Source of the DNA: Atractiella rhizophila
Taxonomy: Eukaryota
Direction of reading: 5' to 3'
DNA: 48,452 bases
NCBI GenBank assembly: GCA_021432655.1
Contig: MU271227.1
Coordinates: 86,576-135,027 of the forward strand
Below, piece by piece: positions 13,901 through 24,189 of the stretch. Both the position numbers and the translations under genes were made by a program. The notes under the pieces were generated by a model. The model did not search any database and was not told the origin of the DNA. It saw only the letters and a program-made list of their open reading frames with translations. How positions within the stretch are numbered: position 1 is the stretch's first letter; the number at the start of each line of letters is the position of its first letter.

Positions 13901-15173
13901 CCTTCAAGATCCATCCAACGCCTTTCTCCCTCATTGCGACTTCCACGTTTATGCGTTCATCTTCATCGGAACGGGCAAGTTTCGTACACCATACGATGAG
14001 GTCCCTATTTTTCGTGAGAACTTTGACCAACTCGAATTTGTCGTAATCAAACAAGTCCATGAGCGCGTTCTCCAGGTCTCGGATATTGGAATCGGCAGAA
14101 AGAAGGGACATGGCAGCTGTCGTCTTTTCGGCGGCTTCGAGAGGGTCAGGATAGGATTGGGCAATTAGGCGTTGGAGCCAGAAACCGTCAATCTCGTGTG
14201 CTGAGACTTGGGTCGGATCCTTCTTCCCACTAGCTGCCTTTGAAGCATCTCCTCCAATGATTATCTCCTCCTCATCCTCTGAGCCCTCTTCCTTGATGGT
14301 CTCCATCTTGTCCTCTCCGCCTTCTCCCTCCTCTTCAGACTCATCACCACTATCGTTAACTTCATATCCACCACCGTCCTCTTCGTCCTCCTCTTCATCT
14401 TCATCTTCAAACAGGACTGCCACTCCCACATCCTCGTCAATCTCTCCCCCCTTCTCCCGGTCAGGCTCTCCTTTGTCCTCCTCATCTCCACCAGCATAAT
14501 AATCCGTAATCTTCTTCCCCAGATTCACGAACTGGGTGAAGGTTTCGTTCGATAATGGGCCTATGAGAGATTCAATTTCTTTCTTCTTGTCAAGATCTTT
14601 CAACGTGTCCGTCTTCAGCGTTTGAAGCACCTCGTCCGTGGCGGATCGAACCATATCCTGAGGAACGTCCCCAAGAGGCTGGTGAACAAGTGAAAGCATC
14701 AATTCATAGACTTCGCGCGTCTGAGTCGTTTTAGGTCGATACACAAGACCTTCCACTGTTTTCCCAGCACCGGTTAACATGCCAACCAACCCTTCTCACG
14801 GAAACAGATAACGACGAACCATCTTGAGTAGCCTCTAGGATATCCCTGTAACGTTGCTGTCCACCCTTTTCTACCTTCCTTCTCTTCTCCTCTCTCTCCC
14901 CACCGCGCTTCTCCAGCATCTTCTTTTTCTTCTTCTCCGTCTCTGGCGCCTGTCTGAATGCCCTGCTACCCATAGCCTTCGGATCAATACGTCCAACCAA
15001 AGTCTCTGGTTCTCCTGTAGGCTCATTCTCGCGGCGCGGGAGCTGGGAACGGTCAGCGCTCAGGACGAGCGACGACATGGCGGAGTACTGGCGAGGTCAA
15101 TCGTCAGCTCTGTTCTTTTAGAAACGACAAGAGAGCGCACCTGATACCCCTTGTAATCCTTTTTTGGAGGCAT
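7943..15173 (-). CDS. BRR2: U5 snRNP Ski2-like RNA helicase Brr2 (two helicase plus Sec63 cassettes), multi-exon
   Basis: [25 protein letters not shown] start; [19 protein letters not shown] and [10 protein letters not shown] in cassette 1; [12 protein letters not shown] in cassette 2; Sec63 [11 protein letters not shown] and [10 protein letters not shown]. All introns traced are GT-AG. Confidence 0.97.
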
Positions 15174-15458
15174 TTTGGGCTATTTTGTTGGAGGAGAAGC
15201 TAGAGAGAGGTCGTGAGGGAGGGAACCAGACGCGCTGGTCGTCGTTTTTGCCACCCAGCAATATTTTGGTAGTTCCTATTACTCTAATCAAAGACTAAAG
15301 ATCCGACCGGTCCTGGTGATATGGCGCTGCTTCTCGATCATTCCCCTTATTCAGCTCAGCTCATCTGCGGTCTTGTTTATAAGGACTGTTGCTCAGATTT
15401 GCAGAATTTAACGTAGAATCGTTTAGAAGGAATAAGTTTGCCAGTGGTGGAAACAAAA

Positions 15459-16468
15459 ATGACACCCACAACGACTGGTGTGGGAGCGCACGAAGTGAGC
15501 TCAGTATCAGTGAGTTGGCCTGCTTCAAGTTGCTAAACCACCGAGGTGTCTAATAAGCAATGCAGGAATGGAACAGTATCTTACGGGAAGCGCGCGGCAC
15601 TTTTCCGCCGCGAACAGTCTTCGTCGGTTTGTCTCCAGACCTCTTCCCCTTCCCTGCCACTTTCTGACGGCTCATGAGATGAACAGATTTCCACGCAACT
15701 TGGTGTCAACCCTGCAAGGTTATCGCACCTCTTTACGCCTCTCTCGCCTCTTCCACGCCTCACGCCTACTTTCTACGAGTCGATACCGACGGGCCAAACA
15801 CGCGAGCCATCGCTGCAGCTGAGAAGTACAAAGTCAGCTCCATACCCACCTTCGTTGCCATTTCGGGAACCGAGGTCGTAGACAAGCTGCAAGGGGCGAA
15901 TCAAAATGGACTGAAAAACCTCGTGTTAATGCATTCGACACCAAAGGGCAAGTTTGAGGACGAGACAGAAAGACTCCGGAAAGAAGGGAACGATGTCCGT
16001 CCTCTCTCTCCTATTCTGAACAAGTGGAGGGACAAGAAACTGATCTCATTCTGCGTTTCGGCTTTTTGCCAGGCTTTCGTTGCGGGTCGTTTTGAAGAAG
16101 CCATTTCACTCTATACCCAAGCCCTGTCAAAAGTGCCTAACTCCTCCATGATACTCTCCAACCGTTCTTTCGCACACTACAGGCTCGCTACATCAGTACC
16201 CAACGATCCATCCGCGGCTACGAAAGCGTTAGAGGATGCCCAGAAGGCGACGGAGCTGGATCCCCGTTGGGCAAAAGGATGGTTTCGCCTGGCAGCCGCA
16301 CAGCTTCTGTTGTGGGAATCCTTGGAGGAGGTGAAGAAGAATGGTAAGGCAAAGACGGATGCGGTTGCTAATATGACGGACGCACTACAAAAGGCAACAT
16401 CGTACGGAAGCGGAACAAAGGTCGAACAAGAGGCAAAGGAGATGTTGGAACGTGTCAAGAAGCTGTGA
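15459..16468 (+). CDS. Thioredoxin (WCQPC)-TPR fusion protein, about 271 aa, 4 exons (15459-15509, 15566-15626, 15687-15994, 16073-16468)
   Basis: Spliced translation VFVDFHATWCQPCKVIAP..YKVSSIPTF..KLQGAN runs in frame into the TPR RKEGNDAF..FEEAISLYTQAL..SNRSFAHY..DAQKATELDPRWAKGWFR. ATG is in a strong AAAA context. Confidence 0.88.
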
Positions 16469-16672
16469 GAACCGCCTTCTTTCGTTGCTGTATACCTATG
16501 TCCAATAAATCCGATGTTTCATTGCTGTATAAGTTGTTTAAGTTGTTTAAATTTTGCTAGACTGAACTAAATGGAGGAGGTAGGACAGCATGGAAATGGT
16601 ATCTGAATAATTGTACAATTTACAATAGCAAAACGAAAACTCCAACAATGCTCAGGTGAGGAAAGACGGACT

Positions 16673-17577
16673 TCATACAGGCTCTCCAACACGGTAAGAT
16701 ACGAGCGAGTCTACTTTGTGGATGTTGGTTGACCATGAACGAAGCTTAACCTGCGTCAAATTCATCAGGTTAGAGTACTCAGGTCCAAACGAACAAGTGG
16801 CAAACCTGTTCTGTATTCCCATCAAGGAGATGAGCTGTATCATTCTTCCATCCTTGGGGGACCTTGGCGTCTTTGGCGCAATATACGAGAATGTTAAAAG
16901 TGCCTTTTCCTCCACTCAGCCAAGAAAGAGGTCCAGGAAAAGAGGAGAACTCACATTCTTCTTGTAAGTCAGGTAGGAAGGTCGAACTAGCGGTGATTTG
17001 CTTGATCACTCGCTGAATCTCGCTCTTGATTTCTGACTCTTCCTTCATTGGTACCTTCGCCGGTTTCGTGCTCTTCAAGCTTGCATCCCACCATCCCATC
17101 AAACCGCGAAACAGTGAGGAAGAGCGGAACTGCTCACTCTGTTTCTACCGCCTCTTTATTCTCCAAGGTCACATCAAATTGCCATCTTTCCACAGTTTCG
17201 TGTGTGTCCTTGGTGATGATAGCAAGTACTAGTCTATCTACTTCTCCCGCGAGGAGCCAAGCTACATTCCAGAGCCAAAGAAACAAGTGCAATGAACAGA
17301 ACAACTTTAATTAGAGCGCGTCCCTTTTCTTGAAATATAAAGTGGACAACGCACCATTGACCTGTTTGACGATATTCGCTACATATCTCTCCATAACCTC
17401 GTCTTGTACCACCAGCATGGGCAGATTGTACTTCTTCACCTGCCTGAAGTTTTCGGGTGGTAACACATTGCGTTGGTACAGAATCGACTGAACTGCATAG
17501 CTGAAGAATTCAGTTACAGTCTTGGTAGATCCTTTGAGTGCTAAGGCTTGGGACGGTGCTTTCTGAAGAGTAGCCAT
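16673..17577 (-). CDS. MAD2: Spindle checkpoint HORMA protein Mad2, multi-exon
   Basis: LKGSTKTVTEFFSYAVQSILYQR, ERWQFDV, KQITASSTFLP, TFNILVY, VKLRSWSTNIHKVDSLVSYR. Confidence 0.96.
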
Positions 17578-17684
17578 CGTGGTCAGCTTCTTCAGCCTGT
17601 GCGCGACAAAGTCACCTGACTTCATTGGCATGGCTGGACTACACAAACGGCGAGGTTCAAGCGCAAGGGTTACGAGCCCCAGCC

Positions 17685-17755
17685 TATATACACACAGATC
17701 AGGACAACTGCGCCACCTCTAGTTGTAAACAACGCTAATGCTACCAGCATCCTAG
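17685..17755 (+). promoter_or_regulatory. TATA-like box (17685-17690) and 5-codon uORF (17738-17755) ahead of Zn-cluster gene A
   Basis: TATATA, then ATG CTA CCA GCA TCC TAG ending 5 nt before the GCC-ATG start at 17761. Confidence 0.5.
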
Positions 17756-17760
17756 CAGCC

Positions 17761-20171
17761 ATGTCCAACAACCAGACGCCAACAACATCAACATCGCAAT
17801 CACCAGCCCAAGACGACATAAAGAAAGGGAAGAAGAAGTCGGTGCCCATCGTCTACGCATGCGACTACTGCAGGTCCCTGAAGCGGAAGTGCGCCATTGC
17901 GATTTTGTCCTATGGCCCAAGGAGCTGACTACTTAATAATAGATGTATTAGAGTCAAGGACCGCGAGCCTCCTGTGTGCAGCCTATGCGTAGACAGGGGC
18001 GTGGAGTATGTCTTTCACAGTTTCTCGAATATATGTGCTCATTGAACGCTGAAGGTGTGTATTCAAGCCTCGAAAAAAGAAGAAATCGAAGTTGTAAGGC
18101 CACACTAACTCTTTCCGCGCATTCCTGACCTCTTTCAGCTTATCAGCGTCAAGCTCTCGTGGAGACAACTCCACAACTTCAACACTCTCAAACCTACAAA
18201 GTCTTGCTGTTTCCGCGCAGTCAACTTCAATAGTCTCAGCTGAGAGCCGTCTCGTTTCCGCAGAAGTAGAAGCATCGCTAGGAATGCACTTGATTACTCG
18301 TGTGTCCCACACATCTTTTGGATTGATTAACCTAAACAAAATTTAGATGCTTGCAAACTTCATCCTTCACGGACAACAGATTGCTTGTTTGATGGGGACC
18401 TAGACCTGGAGTTCGAGAAGAGGGGAAGGAGAGCAGAAGCCATGGGGAAATGGGGAGAGGTATGTTTATTTACCCATCGTTTACGTATCAAGACGAAATG
18501 TATCTTTCTTAGCTGCTTACGGCCATTCTACTGGCAGACGGAGCCAGGTAAGCTTTGTACGTGCGCCGTTATCACACGATGGGAGACTCACGACAAAGCA
18601 GCCCGATGCTCTCTTACGGCCACTGATTATCGTATGGTCGAAAAGGGTCTCATGGTATGCTGGCTATCTACGAAAAATGCATTTGATCACTGATGTCGAT
18701 GACGATTTGTAGTCATCCTGCAATTCTCCAAATAGCAGCCCCGTCAAATCCAACGCTTGTTGGGGACATGGTCATGTACTCATTAGCAAGGATCTATCCA
18801 ATCCGACAACTAGAAGATCGTGCCATATCAATTTGCTTAAGCAGCGGAATTCTCGAAACCTACGACTTCGAATCAGTAGCGGTGCTGGTCGAGCTTGGTA
18901 CACTCCTGATGCGTAAGGCCCCTTGCAAATGCCGCTCTCATGAAGGTTAACGGATTCGAGAATTACAGGTGCCGGGGAACCCAGACGGAGGGAAGCGGAG
19001 AGGTTTCATCGTCTCGCTCTTGACCATTATCGGAAAGTTGTTGACGATGCCTCCATGATGCGGCCGCTTCGAGACGCGTTGAAACTTCATATTGGCTTCA
19101 ACTTGTTTCTGGGCGACGGAATGCTTGCTAGGTCCCATCGACGGCCAATGCTCATGTCCTTTAAACTTTCCCTCAGACATGAACCATTTCTGATCATGTC
19201 TTGTGAACAGAACACCAGAAGAGATTATTGAGCGTATCGGACATCCCAACGTTGACGAGCGCTTCTTCCGCTGCCGCCAAACTCTCCTGGAGACCGATCC
19301 CGAAATGGAGTGTTCTCTCAGTGCCGAGATTCGCGCCATTGGGGGGACGGCTTTTGTTAGGAAATCAACTGAGATGATCTACAAAGGACTCAACGCGACG
19401 ACCCAGCAGGAAGCCGCCACATTTTTCGAAGAAGCACTCAAACTTTTGTACTGGAGGAAGAGATGGGTGCAAGATCACCGGACACCCAGTCAGGTTAATG
19501 GACCAAAGAGAGCTGAAAGGATTGGGACGTATTTATATGGCGAGCTGACAGAGTTTCCGGCGCTGGTCTTTTCGAGCTACAACTACCTTGAAGAATACCT
19601 TCAGAAGTTGGATGGCCCACTTGACCTGGAGATGAAAACTGTGTTAGACGCATATGAATCGGAGGTTGCGAAACAGCCGGAGCTGACATCTGCATGGCTG
19701 AAGAGCAGCCTGCTAGTGAGTTGTTCCGCCACTGTCACCGGTGACATTCTGCTGAAATGCATGACATAGTCGAATGTCCTCACTGCAGAATCTGAGGATG
19801 CTAAACGTCACCGGCTCGTTTGTCATACCCTGAGATACCTAATAGGCAGAGGCAAGTTCCTTCATCGGTATCTCAACACTCCAAACCTTTCTCCGAACAC
19901 GGACCGTCGAGATGTCGTATTCTGGATTGCGGAGGCATTTAAACCTGCAGCCTACTGGATGTCGAGTTTCAGCATCCGATCAATGGAATTGATGAGCTAT
20001 CTTCAGGAGATGGACAACCATATTCTCTCTATCGAGTTTTCATCTTTGACTGACGCAACCGTTGATGCATCGATATTGGAAAGAGGCATGTCGTCAGCCA
20101 ATCGTTCACTGAACGAAAAGCCATGGGAAGCAACAGCACGAGAGTTACTGACTGGGATTGCGGAAAATTAA
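17761..20171 (+). CDS. Zn(II)2Cys6 transcription factor, paralog A, multi-exon
   Basis: Spliced ACDYCRSLKRK|CIRVKDREPPVCSLCVDRGVE|CVFKPRKKKK (CX2CX6CX10CX2CX6C); long helical central region homologous to paralog B. Confidence 0.85.
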
Positions 20172-20381
20172 GAGACTTCCATGTTATACAAGGAACGTTC
20201 AAGTACTTGAAACAATGTGACAATCGATAAGTTCCCACGTACTCAGTCCCAACTAAAGTTATGTGGAGTGAACGATTAAGAAGGTGATGAAGAGCCACAG
20301 GTGGGTATTTTAAAGAACAAGAAAGGACATGGACAACATTAAAACAGAACTTTCGCGTGCTTTTGGGCTTAAGACTCAACT

Positions 20382-23178
20382 TCAGGCAACCCCTTGCGAA
20401 ATCGACGCCAGGGCTTGTGATACTATTTCGCCAGCTAGTAATTCCAACGATACGGAGCTCGTATCCCCTTGGGAAAGTGTGTCGCTAGGTTCGATAACAT
20501 TAAACTGGGGAGAAGCGGTTTTAAAAAGCGTAGTCGGTGGGGTCCAACCAGTCGGTTGGCGAAGATAGTCGGACGATAGTTGGTTATTGCTATTTTGAAG
20601 CAGCGTGGGGGGAGGAAAATGTTCCAGATAATTTGTTAACTGGAGTAAACGTCAGCCGTAACGATATACCCACCGAGAATTAGCTTACTTGAGTAGCCCA
20701 GAGGGACCATTCAGGATTAAAAAAGGCGCCAGGCTTCAGCTGCTGACCGTGCTTAGATTGTTTGATATGATATGGGATTCAAAACTCACTGCTTGGGCGA
20801 TCCAGAAAATGACGTCTCTTCGGTCCGCGCCAGTTGGAGTTTGAGATGTCAGGTATCGCAAGAGATATTGATATTTTCCCGGAAGAAGCGAAAATGTGCG
20901 GCAAATCATCATGTGTCTCCTCGCACCCTTGTCAAATGTCACACTTCAATATTGCAAACGGAATTTGAGAACAAACATGGGTGCCTGCAACAAGTGTCGA
21001 CTCCTGGGAAAGACAGTTATATTTCTGATGAACGTTCGGCTGGACAGTCATGGCTACTGGAGACTTACAAGTAGATTTTCCTTCAGCCAAGCTGATACAA
21101 GGGCAATTGTATTATCTACCTCACGATTGTAGACATTGACCACCTGCAGAAGCTCGGGGGAAGTAATGACGCGTTGTTCTTGAAGGTATTCTTCAAGATA
21201 TGACATCGCTTTATACGTCTCGTGAGTTACAGCACAGAGCAAGAAAATGATACGATTACCTTGGAAGATGTGGAGTGGGAACTCGTTCAAATCTACCAGA
21301 ATGTGTGAGAAAGTAGTTCAGCGACGGTAGAGGACTTGCCATGGTACTGCCAAACTGTTTCTTCTTCAGCGCAACAATGTTCTGCCGACGAGCGATAGAG
21401 CATACCTTCACTGTCCGCCCTCTCTGCCGGTCCAATGGTTGGAACTACTCGTGATTTCCTGTGATCGGCTAGCCATTGTTTCCTCGTGAAGACTAGCTTG
21501 AGGGCAATAGCAAAACCTCGAGCCGCCTGCGCTTGGTCTGGAGCATGACGAGCATTGTAAAATAGTTTGCCTGTGCCACGCATGAAGCCTGTCCCTCCAA
21601 AAGCGAGTACGATGTCCCGTTCGGGATGATTGAAGTTAGGCGGAAGGGTAAGAAGTGCTTGCGGGTTCGTAAACAGTCGAGGGTCAATGTTAGGGTAAAA
21701 CATAGTCGATACTATTTCTTCGTCCGTCCTATTCAACTATCAATTGTCGCGAAGACTCCGCGAGGGACAAAACAGACACGCCATGAGGGATTTGAAGGTT
21801 CCTAGCGAGGAACGCGTCTGTGAATATCAACCAGCTCCCCAAATTACATCGCGCGTGTTCGGGGAAGCTGGGATCTTGGACGGCTATCCGAAACTGAGCA
21901 AGAGCCTGTCTTTGGAACTCGAGAGATTCTGTTTTGCGATCGGCACCTGCGCACAAGCTTTGAGATGGATTGATAGGTGTAACGTGGAATCTCACTGTTG
22001 AAGAGTACAGCAATTTCCTGGCATGAAGGTTATGGTAAACACGGAGAATGAAGGGTTGAAGCACACCAAAAGAATTGACATTGATTCAACTGTCGCATAG
22101 TTGAATATGTCGCTCTCGTACAGCAATTTAACTATTTTCGATGTCACCCTTGAGAAGGCAAGCAATAATGAACGAAATATACAGACCAGCTCTATCAAGC
22201 ATGTACGTGCTTGCGTTGGACCGCGCAAGAGAATAGAAAGACTGATCACTGCTTGTAGCATTGGGCTCATTTCAAAGCAACGTATGAAATCTCACACCCT
22301 TGGAGGACGGGTCGCTCCAGTACATCCATTTGGAGAATCGAGGAATGCGTCGACGTCCTCGCTCCATCAGCGAGTAGAATGGAGCACAAGAGCTGCATTC
22401 GACAACACGACAAAGGTGAGATTTTCCCGGTCAGGAACACAGGAAAACTTGGAGCAACTCACCTCGCCCCATCGTCCGAAATTTGAGGGATCCCTCCCCC
22501 TATTCTCGAACTCTGTAGGAAAATGAGTGTATAGCAAATCTGTGACTACTCGAAAGGGGTAATATCGAAAGGCCTCTTCCAAGAGATGTGCCGACAGACT
22601 GCCAACAAGCTCATAACGATTGAGGCGGTTCCCAGTGGATGTTTCTGCGATCCCTGAGGTATCAAGAATAATGGGATGACCGACAGCCGGGTCTCCTGTT
22701 ATGAAGGCTGCATTTTCTGTAAGCTGAGGAGGTCGGTTCTTTTTGGCGCGCTTCTTCCGGGGAGTAAAGATGCAACTACAGGAAGCTCGCTTCTTAAGGT
22801 ACTGTGGCTTTGAAAATACGTACTCGATTTTTCGGAGTGCGCATGCTCGACACCTCGGTGGATTCTCATGTTCCAGCCGAATACATCTGGCATTCAACCA
22901 AACTTTAGCCTAAAAAGCAAAGCAGGGGACGGCAGGGACCAGATACCTTCGCTTCATCGTACGGCAGTAATCACCTGTCATGGTTCAAGCTGCCTTTAAC
23001 GGTTTTGAATGAATGAGAAGAAGGACACACAAGCATAGATGAGTTTGTTTTGTGGTTCTTTCTTCTTCTTCTTTGTCGCCTCTCCTTGTGTAGCCACTAA
23101 ACTTTGCCCATTCCCCTCTCCATCCGAATCCTGCTCTTCCAATATCGTGACATTCCCCACAATGTTGTGAGGGTCCAT
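20382..23178 (-). CDS. Zn(II)2Cys6 transcription factor, paralog B, multi-exon
   Basis: Spliced YA|CDYCRTMKRR|CIRLEHENPPRCRACALRKID|CIFTPRKKR; blocks shared with paralog A: EFE.RGR...G.WGE, NRT.EEI...PN.D.R.F, A.GGT.F.R, YLEEYLQ, SAWLK, DRRDV.FWIA; stop TGA at 20384-20382. Confidence 0.85.
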
Positions 23179-24189
23179 TCTCCTTTCGCCACTTTCGAAG
23201 ATGCGAGTAGAGTGTAAAGTAACGCGGTAGAGCGAGTAAATATCACCGGTGTTTGTGGCCGCTTGAGTCAAAGCACCGTGGTGGCAACAGCCATGAAATA
23301 TAAAAACAACGCAAACCTGGAAAGCAGGGGTTATAACTACTGTGTTTCCTCTCAGTTTCACCGGAAACTGACGGACGACGTTTCCGGGGGCGTGCTCGGA
23401 GACTGATATTGTCGCTTCACCTTCTGCTGCTCTCTGCTCCTTTATGGAGACTCCTTCTGCATTGAGCAGGCTTATGAAGCTGAGAGACTCTCCCGAGTTG
23501 GGGTAAATGGTGGTAAAATATACAAAGTTTGAGATCACCACACGGATAGATGTAAGGTCAAAGGGCTCGTACGAATCAATCATGTTCAGTCTTCCTTTCA
23601 ATCGCCTTCATCCAAAAGTTTTAAATTTTATCGCGACATCGATGTCGATGTCGATGCGAGCATCTCAGGCTGACGGGCCGAGAGAAGTCTACACTTTCGG
23701 GAGACGGTGGGAAGAGTGAATAGACGTGATGCATGTTCTGGTACAGAAGCGCCAGAGGTCCTACCTTGAGCGTGTTGATGATTATATTATGCATTGTAGT
23801 TTCCGCTCGCGAATAAACGTTCGATGAATGAGCAGCTCTATTCTTTGCAGTACCCATGGCACATTGGTGCCTACACATTGAGATGAAAATGAAACATGTT
23901 CAAAAGCAGAGCTGATAAAAGAGAAAAAGAAGATTGAATGACAATTGCAGCAGTACGGAAGACGGGACGGAAAACAAAATGCTATTGGATGAAGGTCTCT
24001 GCTTTGCGAAGAAGTGGAAAGGCACGGAAGGAACATTAGTTGAGGAGTCTTGTTCTTCTTCGAGTGGAAAGAATGAGGTTCGCGTATCCAAAATGAAATC
24101 GTAAGAAAATCGTAAATCTGTTTGCCTCGCCAAATTGATTCGGTTGTTAAGAAACACTGAAAATCGCCGTATGGTAGAAATTCGATCCA

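Noticed and set aside
14257..14499. Poly-Ser antisense ORF and other long antisense ORFs (for example 26491-27186, 39335-39670, 47388-47825)
   Set aside because: Shadow frames of low-complexity or codon-biased sense exons.
16457..16468. C-terminal KKL of the Trx-TPR protein as a peroxisomal PTS1
   Set aside because: Non-canonical tripeptide that is easily explained as the end of an amphipathic capping helix.
23179..23601. In-frame open extension upstream of Zn-cluster paralog B, plus palindrome CGACATCGATGTCG at about 23634-23647
   Set aside because: No counterpart in paralog A, out-of-frame AUGs present, no domain similarity; the palindrome arises from a GATGTC microrepeat.
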